Positions 10,977 to 20,795 of a stretch of DNA of 64,000 nt are shown here, in pieces. The notes beneath the pieces are model-generated. The model was not told the origin of the DNA, did not search any database, and saw only the letters and a list, made by a program, of their open reading frames with translations. The DNA lies in IMG/VR virus record IMGVR_UViG_3300028797_000167, positions 1,596-65,595 of that record. One strand, given 5' to 3'. The DNA is from a virus. Taxonomy: Duplodnaviria > Caudoviricetes. Numbering within the stretch: position 1 is the stretch's first letter; every line of letters begins with the position of its first letter. The position numbers and the translations under genes were made by a program.

Positions 10977-12695
10977 TTAGAAGCTCCTAGTTATTCTTGC
11001 TTTAATCTTAGAAGTTGTAATTACAAAATCAACTGGGTCATCACAAGATACTTCAATTACAAATAGTTTACCCATGCCTAATCCATAAAATTCGCAGTTA
11101 GTCATATACTTTCCGGCTTGTCCTAACCTGCTTGTCTTATAGAAGCTCCATGTATTTCCACCATCATAAGAATATCTCATCAATACTTTAGGGTTATATC
11201 CTTGCCTTTCACGAGATAATCCATTAGGTAATTCTTCAGTCGGTTGAAGAATATCAGTCAAACCAGTTCCACATTCAATTCTAAACATGTCTACGATTAT
11301 ATTAGACATTTCACTAATTAGAACTGGTCCTCGTCTTAATCTTCGAATGGGTCTTCCATCCCATTCAGTATGTTTACTTTGATCCATTACAACGAGAGCA
11401 TTTGCATTGTAAGTACCGAAGTATACTTCACCTGCAAAATTACAAGCAAACGAAGGATACCACATTTCGAGAGTATTTGTATTTACATCTCTAGTACTCC
11501 TATTGTGCCACATACCAGTTGTAAAGTCATAGCAGAAAGTTCTATTAGCAGTTGGAAAGCTAATGATATAAAATGCATGACCAGAATAATTATATGCAAA
11601 GCCAAATGCATCGTTAGATTTATTCTTTGCAATATATCTTTCTATAGCCGGAGTAGATATTCTTCTTGGTTGAGCATTCTGTGATGTTACCCATATAGCA
11701 TTATCACCATCACCTCCAGACCCTAACCAGCAAAGTTGATTTGCAATTTTCGCCAAGGTTTGAGGAGCAGATATACCTATATTAGTACCCATCCCTGTTC
11801 TTGTAAAGCTGAAGTTCCCATCTTCATCAGAGGAGAATCCATATATATCGAAAGACTTATTTCCGAATACCCATAGTTCCTGGGCATTTATAGTTTCAAT
11901 AGCTTTAACTACATCACCATTAGCACTTACTGCATGGAAATAATTATACTTACCGTATCGATCTTTCCAAGCCCAAGTATTATTATTTTCCTCGTGTGTC
12001 TTAGGTGTCATTCCATCTGCTTCATAGATTATATTTCCATTTGCATCTAAGTCATAAGCAAGATATGTACCGCCTTGGAACGCACCCGGACGGGATAAGA
12101 ATATGAACCCACTCTCGCTATCATTAACAATAAGGCGTTCACCCATGTTTACAATATGTGTGGCATTAATACATATACCTTCATCGAGGTCTGTTATATC
12201 CTGGTTCCTTGTATCATAAGGATTTACTGGCAACGGACATGCTTCCATAGTAGTTGCGACTTCTTCATCACTCGCATGAACGCTACAAATTCTAATTTCT
12301 CTCTGTCCGTTCACCATACATAAATGAGAATTCACACCACCAGATTCTGCAAATCTTACAGGCGTATTAGTTTCACCTATAGATCCTACTGCAATCTTAG
12401 TCATGTCTTCATTGATTCTATATACAGTATCACTAAATACTGCATACATATCTGGTCGATAATCTGGTCCGGCACCTACAGTAGTTAATCCTCTACAGCC
12501 TATAGTACCTTGTGGAAAGGTCATTACTGATCTATTTCCATCTATAGATCTTAGGATTTGATTAGTATATCCGTTTGAATCAGTCTCGCTTAAATTCTCT
12601 ACGAACATATTTTCAGACAATTCAGGACTAGCCATTCTTACGTCTAGCTGATATGAACCGCCTATAAATTTAGGATACATTACACCATTAGCCAT
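10977..12695 (-). CDS. Packaged-DNA stabilisation / tail hub protein (P22 gp10-like)
   Basis: FIGGSYQ N-terminus, YAFGFAYNYSGHAFY, YDFTTGMWH, RYSYDGGNTWS motifs; size and position fit. Confidence 0.8.
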   Translation of the reverse strand: MANGVMYPKFIGGSYQLDVRMASPELSENMFVENLSETDSNGYTNQILRSIDGNRSVMTFPQGTIGCRGLTTVGAGPDYRPDMYAVFSDTVYRINEDMTKIAVGSIGETNTPVRFAESGGVNSHLCMVNGQREIRICSVHASDEEVATTMEACPLPVNPYDTRNQDITDLDEGICINATHIVNMGERLIVNDSESGFIFLSRPGAFQGGTYLAYDLDANGNIIYEADGMTPKTHEENNNTWAWKDRYGKYNYFHAVSANGDVVKAIETINAQELWVFGNKSFDIYGFSSDEDGNFSFTRTGMGTNIGISAPQTLAKIANQLCWLGSGGDGDNAIWVTSQNAQPRRISTPAIERYIAKNKSNDAFGFAYNYSGHAFYIISFPTANRTFCYDFTTGMWHNRSTRDVNTNTLEMWYPSFACNFAGEVYFGTYNANALVVMDQSKHTEWDGRPIRRLRRGPVLISEMSNIIVDMFRIECGTGLTDILQPTEELPNGLSRERQGYNPKVLMRYSYDGGNTWSFYKTSRLGQAGKYMTNCEFYGLGMGKLFVIEVSCDDPVDFVITTSKIKARITRSF

Positions 12696-12712
12696 AATAT
12701 ATCTCCTTTAGA

Positions 12713-13477
12713 TTACCAATTAGGTGGTGCGAATACAGACCCGAACCATCCATCTGCAGGATTTCCATTATCTGCCCATGTAATCATCAAATCATTCTTA
12801 TTTAATTCTTTAAGATTATGACAAGCTTCATCCCAAAGGGCTTTAATACTTCCTATAGATTCTACAGGTTGCTGGTATTTAACTGCAATTCTATAAGCCA
12901 TTCCGAATAATAGATAATCCATATACTGCATAGGAACGTTTAATGCATCATCACCATTAACCATTTCTATATTCTTTGCATATGTAATTCTAATAGGAAA
13001 TGAAGAAGGACGGTTTAAATATAGCATAGTATATCTTGGAAATTCTTCATAAGAATAAAACTCTGGTGTGGCTTTAACTGGCAAAGTATACCGCATCATA
13101 TCAGGCGTACCTAATCTTTTAAGTGCAGTAAATTGAATGCCAAGTTTATAACCCACTGAATTAATAATCTTTGGCTGTGGAATTTGAATAATCTTAGCCG
13201 GACCAAGATCCTTTACTTCATCAGGAATTTCATTTTGATTACTTGCAAGAGCTTCATCTTCGGTAAGAATATACACTTGATATCCTGCCGGAAGATCTTT
13301 GATTACTTGAGCGAACGGTAAGAACGCTTGAATATTTGCGGAGGTAATAAGCTGGTTTAAATAATATAAACCAAATTGAAATCTATCACCTTCGACTTCT
13401 GCGCCTTCTGCTCCCGTACCAGAAAACATATAAGCCTGTTTTATGAGGTCTTTCACGGTTGTAATATTACTAGCCAT
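12713..13477 (-). CDS. Head-tail adaptor (P22 gp4-like position)
   Basis: TVKDLIKQAY...YLNQLI...VPMQYMDYLLFGMAYRIA; immediately after the coat gene; the track's MYNIY extension is the regulatory motif. Confidence 0.65.
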   Translation of the reverse strand: MASNITTVKDLIKQAYMFSGTGAEGAEVEGDRFQFGLYYLNQLITSANIQAFLPFAQVIKDLPAGYQVYILTEDEALASNQNEIPDEVKDLGPAKIIQIPQPKIINSVGYKLGIQFTALKRLGTPDMMRYTLPVKATPEFYSYEEFPRYTMLYLNRPSSFPIRITYAKNIEMVNGDDALNVPMQYMDYLLFGMAYRIAVKYQQPVESIGSIKALWDEACHNLKELNKNDLMITWADNGNPADGWFGSVFAPPNW

Positions 13478-13495
13478 GTTAGCTCCTTGTATATA

Positions 13496-13559
13496 AATAT
13501 TGTACAATGGGAAGTTGAATTAAGAATATCCTTATACCCACTAGGAGTATAAGGATATT
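13496..13559 (-). promoter_or_regulatory. A-type hairpin + motif cassette downstream of coat gene
   Basis: aaatattgtacaatgggaagttgaat plus aatatccttatac-N9-gtataaggatatt. Confidence 0.75.
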
Positions 13560-13586
13560 AATTCCACAGAGGTTTGGAATTAGATT

Positions 13587-14873
13587 TTAATCGACCTGAA
13601 TGTAGAGGACACGAGCAAGCTTCGTGAGGACGAGGCGAGTCATGTACGGTACATCAATACGCATGATGGAGTTACGAGACACAACGCTGCCCTGTTCGAC
13701 AGTCTGCACCGTAAGTTCCATTGCCTTGATCTTATCATTCTTAGCACCTGCGACTTCATCGAATTCATAAGTATCGAATTCAAGAGCATCTGCATCACGT
13801 ACCTGAACGATTGCATAGGTCTTACCACCAGTCAAGCCGGAGAGAGCTGCGACAGTGATACCAGTCATTGCACCAGTCGTTCCGTCAATTGCACCCGGAA
13901 TTGCACCGATAGTCGGGTTAGAGAGCTTATTGCCGGAACCATCTTGAGCAAAGCGAATCTGATCCTCGTCAAGCTGAATAAAGAAGTGTTCCTGGTTCTG
14001 ATCGTCAACGGTCTTATGAAGAATAAACACGAAGTCTTCGTTAGTAATCTTACCGTTAAGGTCAACAGTCTTAAACTTCTTACCACTATTTGCAGTAGCA
14101 GAGCAAGTAAATGCATAGCCTTCAAAGAGGTGAGAAGTACCAGATTCCGTAACTTCACCAGTGTTCCAGTTAACCGTAATATTTGCAACGGTCGGAAGAG
14201 TAGCCGGAGCAGTAATGAACGGCATATAGTTTTCTTCAACCCATTCAGAACCGAAAGCATGAGCGAACACTGCATCGCCATAGATCTTCTTCATATCATC
14301 AGACGGAAGGAACTTGCCGAGGAGGTTATCGGACAAAGAAGCAAACACGTCCGGATGAGCAAAGCCGACCTTCTTACCAGCGGAACGAATAGCACGGAGC
14401 TTAGCTGCGAGAATAGAGAACGGCTTAGAAACGAGCGTAGAAGAGCCGTCCGTAACGATTGCGGAGTCAGCACGATACCAGTTATTCTTAATCACGTCAG
14501 CTTCAATTTCAGCACCAAGCGTACGAGCATGAGGATCACAAATATCACGAATGAAGTCTTCGACAGCAGTAAGCTTATTCCATGCAGTAAGAGCCACGGA
14601 GGTCTTTGCATCAACAAGCGTTACATCAACAGGAAGTTCCCAAATGTCCTTATTATCATTAGTGATATCGAGGTTAGTGGTACCAGCTTCTGCGATACCC
14701 GGGTCCGGGACATAGAAGCGATAAGTCATACCAGCTTTCTTACCCTTCACGTCATCCTTAAAATAGGACTTAGCCATACGGATGTACGGAACGGAGTCAA
14801 GAATAGCAGCAGCGAAGTACTTAAGTTTACTGTTGACAACGCCACCAAGATTAGAAGAAGCGGTCTGTGCCAT
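13587..14873 (-). CDS. Major capsid protein (P22 coat family)
   Basis: 428 aa after scaffold; KGKKAGMTYRFYVP, SIMRIDVPY motifs; strong high-expression codon bias. Confidence 0.85.
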   Translation of the reverse strand: MAQTASSNLGGVVNSKLKYFAAAILDSVPYIRMAKSYFKDDVKGKKAGMTYRFYVPDPGIAEAGTTNLDITNDNKDIWELPVDVTLVDAKTSVALTAWNKLTAVEDFIRDICDPHARTLGAEIEADVIKNNWYRADSAIVTDGSSTLVSKPFSILAAKLRAIRSAGKKVGFAHPDVFASLSDNLLGKFLPSDDMKKIYGDAVFAHAFGSEWVEENYMPFITAPATLPTVANITVNWNTGEVTESGTSHLFEGYAFTCSATANSGKKFKTVDLNGKITNEDFVFILHKTVDDQNQEHFFIQLDEDQIRFAQDGSGNKLSNPTIGAIPGAIDGTTGAMTGITVAALSGLTGGKTYAIVQVRDADALEFDTYEFDEVAGAKNDKIKAMELTVQTVEQGSVVSRNSIMRIDVPYMTRLVLTKLARVLYIQVD

Positions 14874-14887
14874 GATAATTATTTCCT

Positions 14888-15904
14888 TTAGTAACCACGA
14901 CGGATTCTAGCCATAGCTTCATCCATCGAGATTTCTGGATTAGAACCTGTACCACCTGCGGCACCAGTACCAGCCTTACCGACAATAGGTACCTGCGGAG
15001 GATTAGATTCATTAGATTGAGTTTGAGTAGAGTTATTGTTATTAGGATTAGTTTGAGTAGCCGGACGAGAGAAGATAGTCATGATTCTCTGCTGAAGCAT
15101 ATTCAAAGCAAATCTTTTATCAGTAGGATCTTTAATACTAGCAATCTTATCTAGGTCTTCAGGCATAGCTGCGAAGTGGAAAACCATTCTAGGCGCCCAA
15201 TCACTAGACTTAATAAAGTCAGAAATAACCTTATCTGATTCAAGAACATCTGCCAACCCTTCTTCAAGAGCCTTTCCAACGATATGATTATAAGCATCAA
15301 TATCTTCTTTAGACTTAAACAATTCCGTGGCACGCTTAGTATATCTATCTTGCGTCTCCCTGCTAGCTTGAGCTTCTGCATCTGAGAGCCTTTTAGCTTC
15401 TGCGGCTTTCTGGAGTTGTTCAATTATAGACTGATTAGCAATATACTTTAAATAATCTTCATTAGAACCAAAAGCTTCTGGTCCAAGTTTTTCTTGCTTC
15501 GGAGTATTAGCCTTCTTTAATTCTTCAATCTGAGCGAGAGCTTCTTTAAGTTCACGTTTAGTCTGTGAGAGCTTAGAATTCAATTTAGAGAAGCTATATT
15601 GAACCTGCTCTTCATGAGAATATTTAGGTCTATTATTCTTCTGCTTTGTCCCTTCTTCCTGGTTAGAAGGATTCTGCTGATTAGATTGAATATTCGTCTG
15701 AGTCTGATCAGGACTAGGCGGATTATCATTCTGGTCATTAGACTTTACAACTGCGGTCTGATCATTAGATTCTTCAGGCGGCTGATCATTACCGGGAGTA
15801 GAATCATTAGACGGCTGCTGGTTGTCAGGAGAAGACGGACTCGGAGTATTATCAAACTCTACGTTATCCATCTGTGAAATAATGTCATCATAGCGATTAG
15901 CCAT
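14888..15904 (-). CDS. Scaffolding protein
   Basis: Between portal and coat; acidic low-complexity N-terminus, coiled coil, C-terminal VPIVGKAG shared with 48844-49878. Confidence 0.7.
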   Translation of the reverse strand: MANRYDDIISQMDNVEFDNTPSPSSPDNQQPSNDSTPGNDQPPEESNDQTAVVKSNDQNDNPPSPDQTQTNIQSNQQNPSNQEEGTKQKNNRPKYSHEEQVQYSFSKLNSKLSQTKRELKEALAQIEELKKANTPKQEKLGPEAFGSNEDYLKYIANQSIIEQLQKAAEAKRLSDAEAQASRETQDRYTKRATELFKSKEDIDAYNHIVGKALEEGLADVLESDKVISDFIKSSDWAPRMVFHFAAMPEDLDKIASIKDPTDKRFALNMLQQRIMTIFSRPATQTNPNNNNSTQTQSNESNPPQVPIVGKAGTGAAGGTGSNPEISMDEAMARIRRGY

Positions 15905-15960
15905 GTTAGTTTCCTCTGTATAAATCTTGATAGTGTCAAGTTCACGATTATAAATTTATA

Positions 15961-16016
15961 TAATCAATGAAATAGTTATAAATATATCCTATAAGCTGTA
16001 AATAGCTTATAGGATA
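15961..16016 (-). promoter_or_regulatory. Hairpin + B-like motif upstream of unit A scaffold-coat genes
   Basis: taatcaatgaaatagtt (15/17 match to tattcaatgaattagtt at 49932) plus tatcctataagct-N6-agcttataggata. Confidence 0.65.
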
Positions 16017-16021
16017 ATATC

Positions 16022-17932
16022 TTACATTAGACCCCTATCAATCATATCTAGGGCTTCTTGTGATTTTAATTTATTGATTTCTATATTAGCTTTAAGATTT
16101 GCATCCATAGATTTAGCAGTTAATCTTTCTCTCTCACGAGCGTTTTCAGCTGCAATTCTATTAGCTTCTATATTGGCTTTAGCTGCAATATCCATTTGCT
16201 GTTTTTGATTATCTGCATTAAGCCTCATTTGTTCCTTAGCAATATCTGCTTGGGTTTTCATTTGAGCGATATTTAAATCTGTATTAGCCCTAAGCTGTAA
16301 TTGCATAATTTGATTAGATAGATCTGCAATCTGTTTATCCTTATCTTCAAGAACTTTAGAAGCTTGCATTTGCATTTCTTGCATTTGCTTTTGAAGTTCC
16401 ATAAGCGGACCATTATCAGAAAGAGCTTGTGGCGGTAACATTTGCTTAAGCATTTCACCAGCTTTCTTAACGTCCGGGTTTACATCTAGATTACAAAGCT
16501 GATAAGCAATAATTGGCTTCATAGTTTCCGGGAGGAAATTTGCGATAGCAATTAATTTAGCTTTAGCTTCTTCAGAATTAAATAAAGCTTCTGGACCTTC
16601 AGTAACCGTTACTGCTACAAGTGATGTATCAATCATTTGACCAGTTGCAAGAAGTTTATAAAATTCTATAAGCAAATTACCTAAGAACTTTATAGACTGT
16701 TTTGCATGTGATAAATAATGAGAGATATTATTTGCAGTAGATTTAGTTCTAAGAAGAATTGAAGTAGCGGTTTCCTGTTCCTTGGCATCAATCATACCAG
16801 TTAAAGGCATACCAGACACTTCCGTCATGACTGCTTTCTGCTGGTTAATTACTTCGGAGATATCATTAGTCGGGAAAGAATTATCGACACGGTGTGGTTC
16901 TCTAATTTCCTTTCCGTCTTTAGTCCACTGCTTTGTAACGATAACCGGGTTTAATCGTTTATTAATATTCTTATACTGGTCAACATTACCTTCAATTCCT
17001 TCAGTCGGAATAGACATCACAGGAACCGGGGCATTTGCAAGGCGTTCAATAAGCTGCGATTCAGCGTAGTTTAAAACCTTTTGACCATCAATTAATTTAT
17101 GAATTAACCCTACATATTCCGTTTTACAATCAGGATCATAGGATATATCACCCTTAAAAGATACTATAGGAATATGGGTAAGTTGAATAGTAATAGAAGA
17201 TAATACCTTATTACCAATCATCTTAGTAATTACACAAGCATTTCTAGACTCCGTCATTTCATAGAAAGTAACGAGAGCTAGATAATCTTCAGGTGATTTC
17301 CATGTATCACCAAAGTCAGCTACAAGGCATTGAATACCAGTATAATTAGATTCGTATACATCTTCACCATAAAGGTTTTTAGCTTTGGTTTTAGACATAT
17401 ATTCAATGATAGCCATCTTATTAGAATCACTACCATCGATTTGAATTGAATCAGGGTCAGGGATAACTAGCGTTGCATCTTCAATAGGATATACTGCTAC
17501 AATAGGTTTATTATTTTCATCCATATCAGTAGTAGCATAAAGATATCCATAGCCCATAGTAGCCATAGAACGAATAGCAAATTCTTTAGCCGTTTTAGAA
17601 TCGATCTTAGAATCTATACTTTGAATATATAGATTTAATTTATCGATAAGATCACCAGGGGTATTAACCAGAGATGAATACTGCGTTTTAAACGGGTGAG
17701 ATAAGAACGGATTAACCACGGAATTAATTTGATTACCGCATACATTAAATGTAAGCTGTGCTCTATTAGATCCTCTATGGTTATTATCTTCTTCGTTCCA
17801 TTGATAACCACTCGCAAAGGCTCTTTCCATCTTCATTCGTTTGATAACCTTATCAAACTTTTTTGAAGCGGCTTTTCCGAACTTTTTGAAACGTGCTATA
17901 ACGTCCTTTTGATCGTCTGTTAAAGAAGCCAT
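16022..17932 (-). CDS. Portal protein (P22 gp1-like)
   Basis: ~637 aa after TerL; ERAFASGYQW, RAQLTFN..NQINSVVN, HIPIVSFKG motifs; Gln-rich C-terminal coiled-coil. Confidence 0.85.
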   Translation of the reverse strand: MASLTDDQKDVIARFKKFGKAASKKFDKVIKRMKMERAFASGYQWNEEDNNHRGSNRAQLTFNVCGNQINSVVNPFLSHPFKTQYSSLVNTPGDLIDKLNLYIQSIDSKIDSKTAKEFAIRSMATMGYGYLYATTDMDENNKPIVAVYPIEDATLVIPDPDSIQIDGSDSNKMAIIEYMSKTKAKNLYGEDVYESNYTGIQCLVADFGDTWKSPEDYLALVTFYEMTESRNACVITKMIGNKVLSSITIQLTHIPIVSFKGDISYDPDCKTEYVGLIHKLIDGQKVLNYAESQLIERLANAPVPVMSIPTEGIEGNVDQYKNINKRLNPVIVTKQWTKDGKEIREPHRVDNSFPTNDISEVINQQKAVMTEVSGMPLTGMIDAKEQETATSILLRTKSTANNISHYLSHAKQSIKFLGNLLIEFYKLLATGQMIDTSLVAVTVTEGPEALFNSEEAKAKLIAIANFLPETMKPIIAYQLCNLDVNPDVKKAGEMLKQMLPPQALSDNGPLMELQKQMQEMQMQASKVLEDKDKQIADLSNQIMQLQLRANTDLNIAQMKTQADIAKEQMRLNADNQKQQMDIAAKANIEANRIAAENARERERLTAKSMDANLKANIEINKLKSQEALDMIDRGLM

Positions 17933-17946
17933 AATTACTCCTATAT

Positions 17947-18002
17947 AAATATTGTACAATGGGAAGTTGAATATATCCTTATACCGTAATAGTATAAGGA
18001 TA
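17947..18002 (-). promoter_or_regulatory. A-type hairpin + motif cassette upstream of portal
   Basis: aaatattgtacaatgggaagttgaa plus tatccttatac-N7-gtataaggata. Confidence 0.75.
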
Positions 18003-18009
18003 ATAATTA

Positions 18010-19368
18010 TTACCAGCCAGAAGCAGCCATTAATTCTTGGGCAAGATTAGAATTAGAAGCTTCAGGATAGATACGGTTCTTATATAGATCCGTTACATAT
18101 AGATCTTCATTTAGTCTTGTAATATGAGCGAACGTTAAAGCTATGCCATCAGAATCATCGCAAGACCTTCCAAGGATTTCTTTAATTTTATCTTTAGGAA
18201 GCAATGCAACTTTTCCATCAGACTCTCTCACTATAACTCTTTGTGCCGCTAATTCTTCCTTAACGCTTTCTATATCAGAAATATTAGGGAGAGTTAAATT
18301 AGCACTCGAAGCTATAGATAAAGCTTTATACATGAACGCACGAATATTCTTATATTTAATATCCGGAGAACCTTGGGAGAAAGTAATTTCCCTTACATTA
18401 TAACCTGCATGAATAAGCATGTCAATTAATCCAGAGCCATAACCACCAGTATTATCCACGTTTATTACATCCAAGTCATAAGGTTTAAATCGTTCATAGA
18501 TAAGATTAAATAAAGTATATGTATTTGCATTTTGAACCTTATAAATTCTTTCAAGATATGAACCTTCACGGTACCAACAGGTATTAGAGTCATCACCGTA
18601 TCTAGCCATATCTATACCAAGGACTCTATCACCATGCTTAGCAGGATTTCTATTAAGCATAGATTCAATATCTATCCAAGCTATAAGCTGGTCTGGTTCT
18701 GAATCTTCAATTAATTCACCAAAGATTTCCTGTCTAGCGAAAGAAGTCTTACCATAATCTTTCATTAGACGATTAATATATTTCTTATCAAGAGTAGAAT
18801 TATCCATAGTAGTAGCATGGATCAATTCAATCTCACCAGGTTCCGCCAGTCTAATTCTAGCATTAAGGAACGAATGTGCTTTAGGTGTAGAAATTAATAG
18901 CGAATGTGGCGCACCTACAGGTCTTCCCCAATTATCAGTACCTCGACAACAAGCCATCGCAACTTCATAAAATTCTTCCGAGCATAAAGCAGCTTCATCG
19001 ATAACGACTAAGGATATACCAGTCATACCACGGATATTATCTATAGAACCTTCGGAATAAGTAAAGCAATAGCATTCAGAACCAAATTGAGTAGTGATAG
19101 TAAGGTCAGATTGATTGACCCTAAATGCTACATGCCACTTCTTTAGGGTTCTAATAATTTCCCTAAATAGAACCTTCTTTAAGATCTTATAGGTTTGAGC
19201 TGCACATATACAATTCTTACCAGATACAAGATACTTACAGATATATCTTGCAGCTAGGAAAGTCTTACCGCAACCTCGTCCTCCAAAGAATATTATATCT
19301 TCAGCTGTAGACCTATAGACCTTCTGCTGATGAGGGAGTAATTTAAAATCATGAATTTTAAAACTCAT
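18010..19368 (-). CDS. terL: Terminase large subunit
   Basis: Walker A GGRGCGKT, Walker B VIDEAA, ATTMDN coupling motif, nuclease GIDMARYGDD and DDSDGIAL. Confidence 0.92.
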   Translation of the reverse strand: MSFKIHDFKLLPHQQKVYRSTAEDIIFFGGRGCGKTFLAARYICKYLVSGKNCICAAQTYKILKKVLFREIIRTLKKWHVAFRVNQSDLTITTQFGSECYCFTYSEGSIDNIRGMTGISLVVIDEAALCSEEFYEVAMACCRGTDNWGRPVGAPHSLLISTPKAHSFLNARIRLAEPGEIELIHATTMDNSTLDKKYINRLMKDYGKTSFARQEIFGELIEDSEPDQLIAWIDIESMLNRNPAKHGDRVLGIDMARYGDDSNTCWYREGSYLERIYKVQNANTYTLFNLIYERFKPYDLDVINVDNTGGYGSGLIDMLIHAGYNVREITFSQGSPDIKYKNIRAFMYKALSIASSANLTLPNISDIESVKEELAAQRVIVRESDGKVALLPKDKIKEILGRSCDDSDGIALTFAHITRLNEDLYVTDLYKNRIYPEASNSNLAQELMAASGW

Positions 19369-19372
19369 GGGA

Positions 19373-20335
19373 TTACCCTCCCTCTGATGTATTCACCTCT
19401 TCATCGAAGAATATTTGTACATCACACAATGCAGGATTATCTACTTTTTCGTTATCTGATTTTTCCTTAGACTTAGATATATCTTTAGGAGATTCTGTTT
19501 TTACATTTATAGATGTAGACTTCTTTGATTGTTCCCTTAAGGAGAATTCTTTAGAGAAGCATCTTTCAAGAAGCCAAGCATAAGAATTCTTAGATATAGT
19601 ACCATACTTAAATTGAAGGGATGTCAGTTCAGCTTTACACATAGCCCTTAATTCAGTATACCATTGCTTTAATCTAATTTCAGTAATAGTATCTTCAGGT
19701 CTATTAGGGTCATCTTTATCTAAATCAAGATATGACGGATCAAATTCCGGGACAAGCTTACAAGCCTTAATCGGAATAAACGCATTTGCTTCTGCTACAA
19801 ATTGTGCTAGGGATCTTGCGGAGATTATAATATTTGTAAGGGCATGAAGATCAAGATTTCCTGTTGACGGATTAGGAACCATTTCTCTCCATACTGGTTT
19901 AGTAAACCATTTCGTTAGATATCCTACAAAGGTTATAAAACACCTGTTAGATATAGCCTTACAATTTTTAGATTTAATTTGTGCAGATTTTTGAATGACT
20001 TTAGTTTTATTCTTTTTAGTGGTATTAGGAGGTCTTTGAACTTTAGGCGGTCGCCACCCTTCATTTACAAAGGCTTCGATCTTATCTTCATCAATCCAGT
20101 ATCTAGGTGACTTAGGACCTTTAGCCGGATCATAAGCTAATAGCCAGTATTTATTATGTTTATTATTCGTGTTTACATTCATGATAGAGAAGTGTCTAAA
20201 ATGAATATTACACTTTTCAAATGCTCCGGGCTTCTTAGATCCTTCGATATATTCTATACCAAAGAAATCTTCCGGAACATCAGGGTTTTCCCTTTCGATT
20301 CTAACCCCGGAAGGATAAACTTCTTTATCTGCCAT
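19373..20335 (-). CDS. Putative terminase small subunit / DNA-binding protein
   Basis: Directly upstream of TerL; homologous to 53218-54084 (EIRLKQWY/DIKLKTWY, LQFKYG/LQLCYG); function inferred from position only. Confidence 0.45.
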   Translation of the reverse strand: MADKEVYPSGVRIERENPDVPEDFFGIEYIEGSKKPGAFEKCNIHFRHFSIMNVNTNNKHNKYWLLAYDPAKGPKSPRYWIDEDKIEAFVNEGWRPPKVQRPPNTTKKNKTKVIQKSAQIKSKNCKAISNRCFITFVGYLTKWFTKPVWREMVPNPSTGNLDLHALTNIIISARSLAQFVAEANAFIPIKACKLVPEFDPSYLDLDKDDPNRPEDTITEIRLKQWYTELRAMCKAELTSLQFKYGTISKNSYAWLLERCFSKEFSLREQSKKSTSINVKTESPKDISKSKEKSDNEKVDNPALCDVQIFFDEEVNTSEGG

Positions 20336-20546
20336 GATACAACTCGTAGAGAACGGAATGGTTATCATTTGAAGATTGTGGTTTAGAAGACTTTAATTCT
20401 TCAACAATCTTAAACAATGTAGAAACGTTCTGTTCCAAAGTTGCACACTTAGTTTTAAGGGCGGCTACATCAGCATTTAAGGCTATATAACCAGTTGCAG
20501 GTTTATTATGTACAGGAACGTTCTGTGTAAGTTTTTTATCGTTCAT
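20325..20546 (-). CDS. Small coiled-coil protein
   Basis: Homologous to 54068-54280 (PATGY/PPTGY, LEQ). Confidence 0.65.
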   Translation of the reverse strand: MNDKKLTQNVPVHNKPATGYIALNADVAALKTKCATLEQNVSTLFKIVEELKSSKPQSSNDNHSVLYELYHGR

Positions 20547-20573
20547 ATTTCCTCTGAGTGTTAATAGTTATGA

Positions 20574-20783
20574 TTATTTATATTCAATAACTGCACTGCA
20601 CTTACAATGCGGATGAGAGTATAATGAAGCTTGAGCGGATGAAATTACTTTCCCATTCATAGCTTGGCATCTAGGACAACACCCGGGCGATGCTCTAAAT
20701 ACATAAACTTTACGTTTACCATTTGAATTAGATGAATCCATCTGGTCAAGTGTTCTAGATAAAAGCATTTCACGAACGCCCAT
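20574..20783 (-). CDS. Stand-alone MuF/gp7-like Cys-His mini-protein
   Basis: CCPRCQAMNG...HPHCKC resembles the C-terminal motif of Mu gpF/SPP1 gp7; homologue at 54303-54506. Confidence 0.6.
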   Translation of the reverse strand: MGVREMLLSRTLDQMDSSNSNGKRKVYVFRASPGCCPRCQAMNGKVISSAQASLYSHPHCKCSAVIEYK

Positions 20784-20795
20784 ATATAGCTCCTG

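Noticed and set aside
12713-17959. N-terminal extensions MYNIY... given by the ORF track for adaptor and portal (also MNKSY... at 47492 and MNIQTETY at 35597)
   Set aside because: They arise from ATGs within the regulatory cassettes; RBS position and homologue alignment support the downstream starts
1488-18002. Integron attC-like sites (GTTGAAT / ATTCAAC fits GTTRRRY / RYYYAAC)
   Set aside because: Only one core site per element, located outside the hairpin; no paired R'/R'' boxes, no integrase, and not conserved in the B motif
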